Program-made: the position numbers and the translations under genes
Assembly: GCA_022793095.1 (NCBI GenBank)
Contig: JAAWCD010000002.1
Coordinates: 13,037-77,036 of the forward strand
From: Oscillospiraceae bacterium
GTDB lineage: Bacteria > Bacillota > Clostridia > Oscillospirales > Oscillospiraceae
Direction of reading: 5' to 3'
Length of the DNA: 64,000 nt
The notes under the pieces: generated by a model
What the model saw: the letters and a program-made list of their open reading frames with translations, nothing else
The model's database searches: none
What the model was told of the DNA's origin: nothing
Shown here: positions 1-8,798 of the stretch, piece after piece
Position numbering within the stretch: position 1 is the first letter of the stretch
Layout of the letters: each line of letters starts with the position of its first letter

Positions 1-287
1 GAAATCCGGGCGTTGATGATGCCGCCGGCGCACATGGGGCAGGGCTCCAGGGTGACGTAGAGGGATGCCCCGTGAAGCCGCCAGGAACCCACGGTGCGGC
101 AGGCGTCCCGGATGGCTTCCAGCTCCGCGTGTGCGGTGGCGTCGCCGTCCGCCTCCCGCCGGTTCCGGCCCCGTCCAATGATGTTTCCGGACCTGTCCAC
201 GATGACGCAGCCCACCGGCACATCTCCGTCCGCCAGCGCCTCCCGGCCCAGGGCAATGGCAGCCCGCATATATCCTTCGTGGTCCAT
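1..287 (-). CDS. tadA: tRNA-specific adenosine deaminase TadA, first ~95 codons (3' end lies left of the window)
   Basis: Minus-strand ORF open to the window edge, ATG at 287: MDHEGYMRAAIALGREALADGDVPVGCVIV...ATAHAELEAI...LEPCPMCAGG. It has the HAE and PCxxC zinc-ligand motifs of CDA-fold tRNA deaminases. It is not in the ORF track because it has no stop codon in the window. Confidence 0.85.
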   Translation of the reverse strand, partial: MDHEGYMRAAIALGREALADGDVPVGCVIVDRSGNIIGRGRNRREADGDATAHAELEAIRDACRTVGSWRLHGASLYVTLEPCPMCAGGIINARI

Positions 288-327
288 GATAAAAGACTCA
301 CCTTCTCAAGACATCATTCCCAAGCAA

Positions 328-666
328 TTACCGGCGTCTAAACGAATCTTTAAATCGTCGGCTATATTCCCTAACATCAGGGTCATCAAGCAACCATCCG
401 TATTTCTGGAGAAAGAGTAGTTTTTGGGATATGGTTTCAAAGGCCTCCGTTATCTGTACGGTTCCTGGTACTCTTGTATTTTCTCTGTTATCAAAAAATT
501 TGTAACCCTCTCCAATGCGTAAAGTCTGTGGTATTCCATCTCTTATAACTTTACGAAAAATTACTTTAGAATAGTCTCCTGTTACAAAATCGTCTCCTAC
601 AGGACCATCCAATAATCCTCTTTCTAGCTTTTCAAGAACAATTTCTTCCAAATCTTTTTCGTCCAT
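328..666 (-). CDS. hypothetical 112-aa protein (AT-rich orphan gene)
   Basis: Track ORF. AAGGAG lies 9 nt upstream of the ATG at 666. Codons are visibly AT-rich in a GC-rich context. No family recognised by eye. Confidence 0.5.
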   Translation of the reverse strand: MDEKDLEEIVLEKLERGLLDGPVGDDFVTGDYSKVIFRKVIRDGIPQTLRIGEGYKFFDNRENTRVPGTVQITEAFETISQKLLFLQKYGWLLDDPDVREYSRRFKDSFRRR

Positions 667-702
667 ATTAAATTTCTCCTTTATTGATTAATCACCTAAA
701 AC

Positions 703-2976
703 TCACCCGCACTTGGAATATCCACAGTTACGGCAGGTGACACAGCCGCCCTCATGTTCCAGCTTGCTGCCGCACTCAGGGCAGTACTTGGCGTGGAGCA
801 CCTCAGAGGGCGCCATGTCAGGGGCCTTGGACAGCCGTGCCACCTTGGCCACTGCCGCCGCCGGAGACTTTGAAGAGGGCCGTCCGCCGCCGATGACCTT
901 CTCAATGGCCTTAGCGATGGCGTCCGGGCAGGAGGTGACATTCAGCCCCTTCTGACGGATGGTGGAGGGGCAGCGGATACCCTTGAGCTGCTGTACAATC
1001 TCCTTGGGGTCCAGCCCGGAGCGGATGGCCACCGAGACCAGCCGCGCGGTGGCCTCCGACTGGCTGGGGCAGCCGCCGGCCCGGCCTGTGTTGGTAAACA
1101 CCTCACAGATGCCCGTCTCGTCCGAGTTGACCGTAATATACAGGTTGCCGCAGCCGATTTTCACCTTTTCCGTGAAGCCCTGGGTGACTTCCGGCCGGGG
1201 ACGGGGCAGGATGTGGCCGTACTGATCCGCCATGACCTCCTCAGGAGACGGCTGTTTCTTCTTCCCGCCGTTCACCTTGCCGATATTGAGCACCTGCTCG
1301 TTCCGGGATCCGTCCCGGTAGATGGTGGTGCCCTTGCAGCCCAGGCGGTACGCCAGGGTATACACCTCCGCCACCTCGTCCTGTGTGGCGGAATTGGGGA
1401 AGTTCACCGTCTTGGACACCGCGTTGTCCGTGAACTCCTGGAAGGCGGCCTGCATCTTCACATGCCAGACGGGGGAAACGTCGTGGGCGCAGACAAACAC
1501 CCGCCGGATTTCCTCGGGAATCCCCTCAATGTGAGCCAGAGTGCCTTCCTCCGCAATCTGCTTCATCAGCTCATCCGTGCAGATGCCTGCGGCGGTCAGC
1601 TTTTCCTTCAGAATCTGGTTGGTCTCCACCAGATGGGTGTTATCCATCACATTTCGGATGTAAGCGTAGGCGAACACCGGTTCCACACCGGAGGAAACGC
1701 CCGCGATGATGGACAGGGTGCCCGTGGGGGCGATGGTAGTCACCGTGCCGTTCCGAAGGGGTGCGCCGTCCTTGTAAATGCTCTCCTCAAAGAGCGGGAA
1801 GGCTCCCCGGACGCCGGCCAGCTCCTGGCTGGCCTCGTGGCCCACCCGGTTCACCAGCTCCATGATTCTCCGGGCCGTCGCCACGCCCTCTTCGGAGTTG
1901 TAGGGAATCCCCAGATAGAGCAGCATGTCGGCAAAGCCCATGACGCCCAGGCCGATTTTCCGGGTGGATCGGGTCATTCTGTCAATCTCAGGCAGGGGAT
2001 ACTGGTTGACCTCAATCACATTGTCCAGGAAGTGGACCGCAGTGCGGATGGTCCGGCGCAGCTTGTCCTCATCCAGGACAAAGCTGCCATTCTCCTCCTT
2101 CAGATGGGTCACCAGGTTGATGGAGCCCAGATTACACGCCTCGTAGGGCAGCAGGGGCTGTTCGCCGCAGGGATTGGTGGATTCAATGTCCCCCTGGCCG
2201 GGCACAATGTTGTCCCGGTTCAGCCGGTCCAGGAAGATGATGCCCGGCTCACCGGTCTGCCAGGCGGAATTGACGATGGTCTGAAAGACCTCCCGGGCGT
2301 TGAGCCGTCCGGTGACCTCCTGTGTGGCGGGGTCCACCAGCTTGTAGGTTTTGTTGGCCTCCACCGCCTTCATAAACGCCTCGGTGATGCCCACGGAAAT
2401 ATTGAAGTTGGTGACTTCCTTCAAGTCGTTTTTGCAGGTGATGAACTCCATAATGTCCGGATGGTCCACCCGCAGGATGCCCATATTGGCCCCCCGGCGG
2501 GTGCCGCCCTGCTTCACCGCCTCAGTGGCGGCGTTGAAGACCTTCATAAAGGAGATGGGTCCGGAGGCCACGCCGCCTGTGGAATTGACTGTCGCGCCCT
2601 TGGGCCGGAGCCGGGAGAAGGAAAAGCCCGTGCCGCCGCCGCTCTTGTGGATGAGGGCCGCATTCTTAATGGCGTCAAAGATGTCCTCCATAGAATCGCC
2701 CACCGGCAGCACAAAGCAGGCGGACAGCTGGCCCAGAGGCCGGCCCGCGTTCATGAGGGTGGGGGAGTTGGGCAGAAAGTCCAGATTGGTCATCAGCTCA
2801 TAGAATAACGCCTCCGTCTTTTTCACATCGGCCCCAGGGTCAAACCGGGCATCTGCCGACGCAACGGCTCCCGCCACCCGGTGGAACAGGCCGTCCACCG
2901 TTTCCACAGGGTTTCCGCGCTCATCCTTGGCCAGATACCGGCGCTCCAGCACTGCTTTCGCGTTTTCTGTTATCAT
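703..2976 (-). CDS. nrdJ: adenosylcobalamin-dependent (class II) ribonucleotide reductase
   Basis: The 764-aa track ORF has class II RNR sequence character throughout and a C-terminal CPECG...CRNCG zinc ribbon. GGAG lies 8 nt before the second in-frame ATG (2976, MITENAKAV), which favours that start. 2997 is the alternative start. Confidence 0.93.
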   Translation of the reverse strand: MITENAKAVLERRYLAKDERGNPVETVDGLFHRVAGAVASADARFDPGADVKKTEALFYELMTNLDFLPNSPTLMNAGRPLGQLSACFVLPVGDSMEDIFDAIKNAALIHKSGGGTGFSFSRLRPKGATVNSTGGVASGPISFMKVFNAATEAVKQGGTRRGANMGILRVDHPDIMEFITCKNDLKEVTNFNISVGITEAFMKAVEANKTYKLVDPATQEVTGRLNAREVFQTIVNSAWQTGEPGIIFLDRLNRDNIVPGQGDIESTNPCGEQPLLPYEACNLGSINLVTHLKEENGSFVLDEDKLRRTIRTAVHFLDNVIEVNQYPLPEIDRMTRSTRKIGLGVMGFADMLLYLGIPYNSEEGVATARRIMELVNRVGHEASQELAGVRGAFPLFEESIYKDGAPLRNGTVTTIAPTGTLSIIAGVSSGVEPVFAYAYIRNVMDNTHLVETNQILKEKLTAAGICTDELMKQIAEEGTLAHIEGIPEEIRRVFVCAHDVSPVWHVKMQAAFQEFTDNAVSKTVNFPNSATQDEVAEVYTLAYRLGCKGTTIYRDGSRNEQVLNIGKVNGGKKKQPSPEEVMADQYGHILPRPRPEVTQGFTEKVKIGCGNLYITVNSDETGICEVFTNTGRAGGCPSQSEATARLVSVAIRSGLDPKEIVQQLKGIRCPSTIRQKGLNVTSCPDAIAKAIEKVIGGGRPSSKSPAAAVAKVARLSKAPDMAPSEVLHAKYCPECGSKLEHEGGCVTCRNCGYSKCG

Positions 2977-3046
2977 CTGTACATTCTCCTTTTTCATATG
3001 TCCCGAACGGCGGATACCATGGTATTGTGGTTTTTTGTCGTTTCAT

Positions 3047-3091
3047 CTACTATATCTTGTGTATACGTCGATGGCGTATTATCTATTGTAC
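3047..3091 (-). promoter_or_regulatory. candidate NrdR boxes
   Basis: 3047-3062 reads ACACAAGATATAGTAG on the minus strand, 13/16 to the NrdR consensus acaCwAtATaTwGtgt. A weaker palindrome, GTATTATCTATTGTAC, at 3076-3091 overlaps the -10. A half-site CACAATA lies at 3015-3030. Confidence 0.4.
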
Positions 3092-3112
3092 CGTTTTTTC
3101 CACCGTTGTCAA
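3085..3112 (-). promoter_or_regulatory. putative sigma-A promoter of nrdJ
   Basis: Minus strand reads TTGACA (3112-3107), a 16-nt spacer, then TACAAT (3090-3085), about 100 nt upstream of the nrdJ start. Confidence 0.5.
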
Positions 3113-3352
3113 GGGGCGGCCTTTAAAATTGTGCAGTCTGCTTTTATTCAGCGGGCAGAGCTCGGAAACGGCTGTGCCGCAGGCGGTTTGGTCGTTTTAT
3201 ATTTGGGCTGTCAAGGGAAAGTTTGCGAAAAACAATGGTTTTCCGTTCCATAACAGCCCCTGCCGGGAACGGTTCATCTCCACACTTTTTCGGGAAAAAC
3301 CGGCTTTGCCCCCCAGTTTTCAACAGTGGGCGCAAACCTTGAACCAGAGGAG

Positions 3353-3395
3353 TTTTGCACAGTTTCCACAGGGTTTTCCACAGAGGTTTTCCACA
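3353..3395 (+). promoter_or_regulatory. tandem DnaA-box cluster (4 direct boxes)
   Basis: TTTTGCACA (3353), GTTTCCACA (3362), TTTTCCACA (3374) and TTTTCCACA (3387). TTTTCCACA is the same 9-mer variant that is repeated in the dnaA-dnaN spacer. Confidence 0.55.
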
Positions 3396-3678
3396 GCTGC
3401 CGCCATCTTCCGCTCCCCTTCCGATTGACATAATGCGAGGGAGACAATAAAATTTCAGCAACTTGACCAGATACCATACAAAAATCGGCGAGGTACCGTT
3501 TAGGTTAGCTCTCTGCCTCCTTTCCTGAACATTTTTCGCAATTTTGTATTTGCCGCCTCCCCCAGGGTTCCCTGGCGGCAGCCGAATCCTTTGTTATTTT
3601 GTAGCGGGTGTGGACCCAGCCCCTGCGTCCACATTCTAACGGCAGAGGTCCCCGCCCCAAAAAAGTTCCTCGAAAGTC

Positions 3679-3707
3679 TTGACAGATCGCCTCTTTGGTG
3701 ATATAGT
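3679..3707 (+). promoter_or_regulatory. sigma-A promoter of the gntR-ABC operon
   Basis: TTGACA, a 17-nt spacer, then TATAGT, about 50 nt upstream of the ATG at 3759. Confidence 0.6.
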
Positions 3708-3758
3708 TAATTACACAAGTAACGAACCAATGAACACTTGGAGAAAGGAGGGCTGTGC

Positions 3759-4148
3759 ATGAATGGGACCCTGAACGATCAGACCTCCATCTATCTGCAA
3801 ATCGCGCAGAACCTGGAAAACGATTTGCTGCGCGGCATCTACCTGGAGGAGGAGCAGGTGCCCAGCACCAACGAGCTGGCACGAAGGTACAACATCAACC
3901 CAGCCACTGCTGCCAAGGGAATCAATCTTTTGGTGGCCGATGGCATCCTGTACAAGAAGAGAGGGATCGGCATGTTTGTGGCCGCGGGCGCCTGTGAAAA
4001 GGTGCGGGGCAAGCGGAAAACCGCGTTTTTTGACAGCTACGTCAAGGAGATGATCAAAGAGAGCCGCCGGCTGGGTATTTCCCCGGCGGAGCTGATGGGC
4101 ATGGTGGCCAAGGCCGCCGGCGCGGAACAAGAGGAGGAAGAGGAATGA
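3759..4148 (+). CDS. GntR-family transcriptional regulator, YtrA-like short form
   Basis: The winged-HTH signature (IYLQIAQNLENDLLRGIY...VPSTNELARRYNINPATAAKGINLLVADGILYKKRGIGMFV) is followed by a short C-terminal helix. AAAGGAGGG precedes the ATG at 3759. The track start at 3738 is a TTG. Confidence 0.88.
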   Translation: MNGTLNDQTSIYLQIAQNLENDLLRGIYLEEEQVPSTNELARRYNINPATAAKGINLLVADGILYKKRGIGMFVAAGACEKVRGKRKTAFFDSYVKEMIKESRRLGISPAELMGMVAKAAGAEQEEEEE

Positions 4149-5035
4149 ACACACTGACTGCAAAAGACGTCTGCAAATCCTACGGCAGCAAGGAGGTGCT
4201 CAAGCACCTGAACCTGACCCTGGAACCGGGCTGCATTTACGGCCTCATTGGCCGCAACGGCGCGGGAAAGACCACCCTGCTGGGTATCCTGACCGGGCAG
4301 AACCCCATGAACAGCGGCTCCGTCACCTTTGACGGCCAGCCGGTCTGGGAAAACCAGAGCGTGCTGAACCACATCTGCTTTTCCCGGGAGCTGAACTCCA
4401 TGTCCATCCTGGGGCAGAACAACCTGAAGGTAAAGGAGTATCTCCGGGCCGCCTCCATCTACTACCCCTGCTGGGACAAGGAGTACGCCAACCGGCTGAC
4501 AGCGGAATTCGGAGTGGACCAGAAAAAGAAGGTCTGCAAGCTGTCCAAGGGCCAGATGTCCATGGTGACCATTGTAATCGCCCTGGCCTCCCGCGCGCCC
4601 ATCACCATTCTGGACGAGCCGGTGGCGGGTCTGGACGTGGTGGCCCGGGAGCGGTTTTACCAGCTGCTGCTGGAGGATTTTGCCCAGACAAACCGGACCT
4701 TTGTGGTGTCCACCCACATCATCGAGGAGGCTGCGGGTGTCTTTGAGAAGGTCATCATCCTGGACGAGGGGGCCATCCTGGAGGACTGTCCCACTGAGGA
4801 CCTGGTGCGCCAATTCCACTACATCTCCGGCCGGGACGAGGAAGTGGACCGGGCCTGCGCCGGCCTGAATGTGCTGGTCACGGAGACCATGGGACGCCAC
4901 AAGGCGGTCACAGTCCGGTGCGAAGAAGGGGACCTGCGCCGGCTGGAGGGCTTTGACGTGGACGTGGCCCCGCTGAACCTGCAAAAGGTATTTGTGGCCC
5001 TTTGCGGCCATAAGGAGGGGGATCTCCATGAGTAA
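4145..5035 (+). CDS. ABC transporter ATP-binding protein
   Basis: Walker A GRNGAGKTT, signature LSKGQ, Walker B ILDEP. Its start overlaps the gntR stop. Confidence 0.9.
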   Translation: MNTLTAKDVCKSYGSKEVLKHLNLTLEPGCIYGLIGRNGAGKTTLLGILTGQNPMNSGSVTFDGQPVWENQSVLNHICFSRELNSMSILGQNNLKVKEYLRAASIYYPCWDKEYANRLTAEFGVDQKKKVCKLSKGQMSMVTIVIALASRAPITILDEPVAGLDVVARERFYQLLLEDFAQTNRTFVVSTHIIEEAAGVFEKVIILDEGAILEDCPTEDLVRQFHYISGRDEEVDRACAGLNVLVTETMGRHKAVTVRCEEGDLRRLEGFDVDVAPLNLQKVFVALCGHKEGDLHE

Positions 5036-5672
5036 GGCGCTGCGGATATTCTTCTGTCCGGTGGCACAGATTCTGCTGACCCTGCTGGGGTTCGGCGCCA
5101 TCATTCTGGCGGGATTGATTCTGGTTCCCGGCGCGGACAATCTGTTCGCCATGTATTACAAGATGTTTCCGATGCTGGGTGTGGTGATAGCCTCCATGTC
5201 CACGGCCACCCTCCGGCCCTATCTCAACCTGGCGCTGTCCATGAACGGGAAGCGGCCCCATCTGTTCGCGGCCCAGCAGACTTATCTGGCTCTGCTGGCC
5301 CTGTCCGCGCCGGTCTTTACCCAGGCGTTCTGGTGGCTCGGCGGCATGCTGTATGAAAAAATGGCGGTGCCTCTGCCCTTTCTGGCGCTGATGGCGGCTG
5401 GCTCCCTGATGCTGGGCGAGACGATGTCCCTGGTGGTCGGTCTGGAAAGCAAGGCCCGGACGGTGGTCTATGCGGTCTCCATCATTATTATGGTGGTGGT
5501 CTGCGGCGGAATCGGCGCTTACACCGCGATCATGGACCATGAGGCGGCCTCCTGGTTCCCGGCGATTCCCGATGTGTGGCTCATCGGGGCCGCGCTGGCG
5601 CTGTTGGCGCTGGCCGTGGTTTTCGCGGCCATTAACTGGATGAAACTGAGAAAGGCGGCGGTAGAGGTATGA
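5028..5672 (+). CDS. multi-pass membrane protein, putative permease partner of the ABC ATPase
   Basis: Hydrophobic ORF. AAGGAGGGGG precedes the ATG at 5028 (MSKALRIFF). It overlaps the ATPase stop. Confidence 0.65.
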   Translation: MSKALRIFFCPVAQILLTLLGFGAIILAGLILVPGADNLFAMYYKMFPMLGVVIASMSTATLRPYLNLALSMNGKRPHLFAAQQTYLALLALSAPVFTQAFWWLGGMLYEKMAVPLPFLALMAAGSLMLGETMSLVVGLESKARTVVYAVSIIIMVVVCGGIGAYTAIMDHEAASWFPAIPDVWLIGAALALLALAVVFAAINWMKLRKAAVEV

Positions 5673-6379
5673 CGCTGGGCAGATTTTTAAAGGGAAAGCT
5701 CTGGCTGGACCGGGGAGAATTTCTCGAAATCCTGGCCTGCTGGGGGGCCGGTCTCCTATTTTTTGAGGCAGTCGGAAACGCGATCTATTTCTTCCTTCAG
5801 CGCAGAGATGATACCAGCAGCTACTTTCCCCTGGGGCCCACGCTTCTGCTGATATTTGGCGCCTTTTTCATCGTGATCTTTGTGGCGGCCCGGTTTGTTC
5901 TGTACTTCCAGCTGGGGGTTCAGATGAGCGTGACCCGGCGGCGGATGCTGGTGGGGGAGTGGGCCGTCACAGGACTGGGAACGGTGCTGGCACTGGCGCT
6001 GATCTACGGCTCCTTCTGGCTGGACCGGCTACTCATTGCTCCGCTGTGGGGCGGGATTTCCGCTGAGGACGATCTGCTGGTGTTCATGCCCTGGTGGGTA
6101 TGGCCGCTGGTTGGCGCGGCCTCGCTGCTGCTGGGCTTTGTCAGCGGGGCCCTGGTGGCCCGGTTCGGCACGAAGGGCCTCTGGGCGCTCTGGGGCGTTT
6201 TTGTGGGCGGGGGGCTGTTTACCACCCTGCTGGGGGACAATCTGGGTCCCTTTGTGGAGGACTGGCTGATTCCCTTTTTCGAGACGAACTCCCTTCCAGC
6301 CGGTATCGGCAGCGTCCTGCTGGTTGCCGCCGTGATTCTTCTTACCGTCTGGCAGATGCTCCGGTTCCCGGTGAAGTAG
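5669..6379 (+). CDS. multi-pass membrane protein (second putative permease component)
   Basis: Hydrophobic 236-aa ORF whose ATG overlaps the previous stop (ATGA). Confidence 0.65.
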   Translation: MTLGRFLKGKLWLDRGEFLEILACWGAGLLFFEAVGNAIYFFLQRRDDTSSYFPLGPTLLLIFGAFFIVIFVAARFVLYFQLGVQMSVTRRRMLVGEWAVTGLGTVLALALIYGSFWLDRLLIAPLWGGISAEDDLLVFMPWWVWPLVGAASLLLGFVSGALVARFGTKGLWALWGVFVGGGLFTTLLGDNLGPFVEDWLIPFFETNSLPAGIGSVLLVAAVILLTVWQMLRFPVK

Positions 6380-6404
6380 GACAGATTTTTGATGTGATGG
6401 AAAA

Positions 6405-6432
6405 CCCGGCGGACTTCAAACAGTCCGCCGGG
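6405..6432. terminator. bidirectional intrinsic terminator hairpin
   Basis: CCCGGCGGAC-N8-GTCCGCCGGG is flanked by an A-run and TTTCTCTCTTT. It lies between convergent genes. Confidence 0.6.
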
Positions 6433-6441
6433 TTTCTCTCT

Positions 6442-7806
6442 TTATTTGACATAGCCGTTGACCAGGGCGTCCAGCACTTGAGCGGCCACATCCCCTGCCG
6501 CGGCCGCGCCGGAGCCGCCTTCCTCCACCATGACAACAAAGGCGTAAGGCGCGTCCTTGTTCTGGAGGAAGCCCGCAAACCAGGCGGTGGGCGCTTTATC
6601 GCCGCCCACCTGCGCTGTGCCGGACTTGGCGCAAATCTCCATGTTGGGAAAGCGGGCTGTGCCGTAGGTCTCCTGTACCGCCAGGGCCATCATTTCCGCC
6701 ACGGTTTCCGCGGTGCCGGATTCCATCAGCTTTCCCGTCTTCCGTGGAAAATAAAAGGAGGTGGGGAACCCCTGTCCGCTCTCCGTCCGCAGAATCACCT
6801 GGGGGATCGCGGCCCGGCCTCCATTGGCAATGGCCCCCATGTACACCATCAGGGCGCAGGGGTTCACCCGGTCCTTGCCCTGCCCCACAGCGGACCAGCC
6901 AATCTGTATTCCGGAAAAATCCACGGACCCGGCGGCGGTGCGGATACCGTTCACCGAGTAGGAGGCCAGCACCTTTTCCGCATACCGCTCCATGGTTTCC
7001 GCTCCCACCTCCGAGGCCAGCTGGGAGAACACCCCGTTGCAGGACCGGGCCAGCGCCAAGCCCAGGGTCATTTCCCCGTGAGCCTGGGGACAGGTCACCA
7101 CATCGCCCGCCACATTGACGGAGCCGGTACAGGTGAAGGCCCGTTCACTCACGCCGGGAAGCTGTTCCAAAGCGGCGGTCAGCGTCACGGTTTTGAACAC
7201 CGAGCCTGGGGTAAAGGTCCCGGACAAAAACCGGTTCATGTATACGCCCTCATAGGCCGGATTGGTTTCCACATCCGAGGGCGGGTCCAGCGGGTCAAAG
7301 GACGGGGCGGAGAGCATGCACAGCACCTCTCCTGTCTTGTAATTGTAGACGCCCACCGCGCCCTTTTTCCCGCCCAGGGCCTGCCAGGCGATGTAGTTGA
7401 GCCGGGCGTCCAGGGTGAGGTAGAGGTCTCCGCCCTGCCCCAGAGGGGAGTATACCCCAGTGAGCAGGTTGTACCCTGACAGCTTTCCGCCAAAGGCGGA
7501 AAGCGCGCCGGTTCCGATGTTTCCCGCCCGGTCTCCCACCGCGTGAAGGGTGGCCTTCCGCACAATGGCGTTGGCGTAATAGCACCGGTTTCCGTCCTCG
7601 TCGGGCCAGGAGAGCAAATCCCCGTCCCGGTCCAGAATCCGGCCCACAGAGAGCTGGCCTTTGCTGTTGTAAAGGTGCCGGTTGGCGGGGAAGGACACCC
7701 AATCGCCGCCGTCCTTCACGAACCGGAAGGTGAACACGCCCAGCCCCAGCAGCAGGGCCAAGGCCAGCAGCAGACACACCGCGGCCCGTTTTTCAATCTT
7801 TCGCAT
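6442..7806 (-). CDS. class B penicillin-binding protein (transpeptidase, PbpA/FtsI-like)
   Basis: N-terminal TM segment plus the SVFK (SxxK) and KSGTA (KTG-type) motifs of the transpeptidase fold. Confidence 0.9.
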   Translation of the reverse strand: MRKIEKRAAVCLLLALALLLGLGVFTFRFVKDGGDWVSFPANRHLYNSKGQLSVGRILDRDGDLLSWPDEDGNRCYYANAIVRKATLHAVGDRAGNIGTGALSAFGGKLSGYNLLTGVYSPLGQGGDLYLTLDARLNYIAWQALGGKKGAVGVYNYKTGEVLCMLSAPSFDPLDPPSDVETNPAYEGVYMNRFLSGTFTPGSVFKTVTLTAALEQLPGVSERAFTCTGSVNVAGDVVTCPQAHGEMTLGLALARSCNGVFSQLASEVGAETMERYAEKVLASYSVNGIRTAAGSVDFSGIQIGWSAVGQGKDRVNPCALMVYMGAIANGGRAAIPQVILRTESGQGFPTSFYFPRKTGKLMESGTAETVAEMMALAVQETYGTARFPNMEICAKSGTAQVGGDKAPTAWFAGFLQNKDAPYAFVVMVEEGGSGAAAAGDVAAQVLDALVNGYVK

Positions 7807-7912
7807 ATAGGTTTCCTTTCCTATGGGTACAGGAGTCTGCAGCTCGCCGCCCTTGTAATCGCAAGGGCGCTATGATAAACTTATGAAGTGGTAAGAAAGG
7901 CGGGGATTTTCA

Positions 7913-8689
7913 TTGAAAAAGCTTCTTGCGCTGCTCATGGTTTTGGAGCTGCTCCTTTTGACCGGGTGCAGCAGCCGGGACCTGGAGCTGCTTCTTGTCG
8001 AAGCGGCCTACAAGGTTGACGCCATCATAGACCTGGACGAACCTCTTTTCAGCGTGCCCCGGAGGGTCAGAATCGAAGGCGAGGTATACCGGACCGGATT
8101 TTACGGGGATCTGTGGGCGAAAAATCTGACCTTCACCGGGGAGGAGTACGAGGTCCGCGGAACCACCTTCCGCCGTCTGGACTGCGGAACGTTTGACTGT
8201 ATTCAGGCCGGCGTTGGCAGCAAAACCGGCGGGATGCTGTATTGTCTGGACTCCCAATGGGAAGAGGCCAAGGCCTATTACGAAGACCCGGAAAACTACA
8301 CCTATTACTGCGGAATCAACGTAAAGGAGTCCCGGGAAGAGGACAGGCAATACTTTGAAGTCGAAGACATGGACATCGAAAAATACGAGGCGCTGATGGG
8401 GCACGGCGGAGCTTTTGCCTACGACCCCTTCGACCCCGTCAAGAACAGGGCGTCGGAATTCAAAGAAGTCATCATAGATGCCGGCCCCTGGCCTTATATC
8501 AACTTTTTCAAAATAAGCAAGGACGGGATTCTGGAATCCTTTAAGGCATATTACTTTTTCATCCTGGATGGAACCATGTATCAGGCCCGCTATCACAATC
8601 TGAGCGAGGATTCCGTGTCCGCCGTGGAGGTCCCTGAGGAAACCGCCGCCTATTTCATCGAACTGGTGGAACGCCTCCAAACAGAATAA
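7913..8689 (+). CDS. hypothetical lipoprotein
   Basis: MKKLLALLMVLELLLLTGC lipobox signal peptide. TTG start with an upstream AAAGGCGGGG. No family recognised. Confidence 0.7.
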   Translation: MKKLLALLMVLELLLLTGCSSRDLELLLVEAAYKVDAIIDLDEPLFSVPRRVRIEGEVYRTGFYGDLWAKNLTFTGEEYEVRGTTFRRLDCGTFDCIQAGVGSKTGGMLYCLDSQWEEAKAYYEDPENYTYYCGINVKESREEDRQYFEVEDMDIEKYEALMGHGGAFAYDPFDPVKNRASEFKEVIIDAGPWPYINFFKISKDGILESFKAYYFFILDGTMYQARYHNLSEDSVSAVEVPEETAAYFIELVERLQTE

Positions 8690-8694
8690 CGTTT

Positions 8695-8735
8695 GTTCCT
8701 TTTCTTGAACGAAAAGGAACCGAACTTCAATCTGG
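8695..8735 (-). repeat. family A unit A1
   Basis: Plus strand: GTTCCTTTTCTTGAACGAAAAGGAAC (hairpin) + CGAACTTCAATCTGG (tail). Confidence 0.85.
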
Positions 8736-8755
8736 TTCTACCGGAAAATTCTCCA

Positions 8756-8798
8756 CAGCTTAAAGTTCTTTTGCTTCTTTTCTTTCAAGAAAAGGAGC
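8756..8798 (+). repeat. family A unit A2
   Basis: CAGCTTAAAGTTCTTTTG + GCTTCTTTTCTTTCAAGAAAAGGAGC. The stop codon of the FHA-SEDS gene (8785-8787) lies in the loop. Confidence 0.9.

Noticed and set aside
1213-2808. Very long ORFs antisense to or overlapping well-supported genes. Examples are 1213-2808, 24275-25354, 27343-29391, 35833-36975, 53842-55473 and 60448-62391.
   Set aside because: They lie opposite to or out of frame with genes that have unmistakable family signatures (nrdJ, glyQS, the ABC permease, MBOAT, gyrA, aspS). Their translations are low-complexity and Arg/Gly/Pro/His-rich, as expected for stop-poor alternative frames in GC-rich DNA.
3113-3678. A cobalamin riboswitch upstream of the B12-dependent RNR.
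   Set aside because: On the nrdJ-sense strand there is a GCCCACTG and some GTGGAAAACC strings that superficially recall B12-element cores. However, the GTGGAAAACC strings are three tandem copies (the DnaA boxes), there is no AGGGAA/B12-box arrangement, and the region lies upstream of the predicted promoter.
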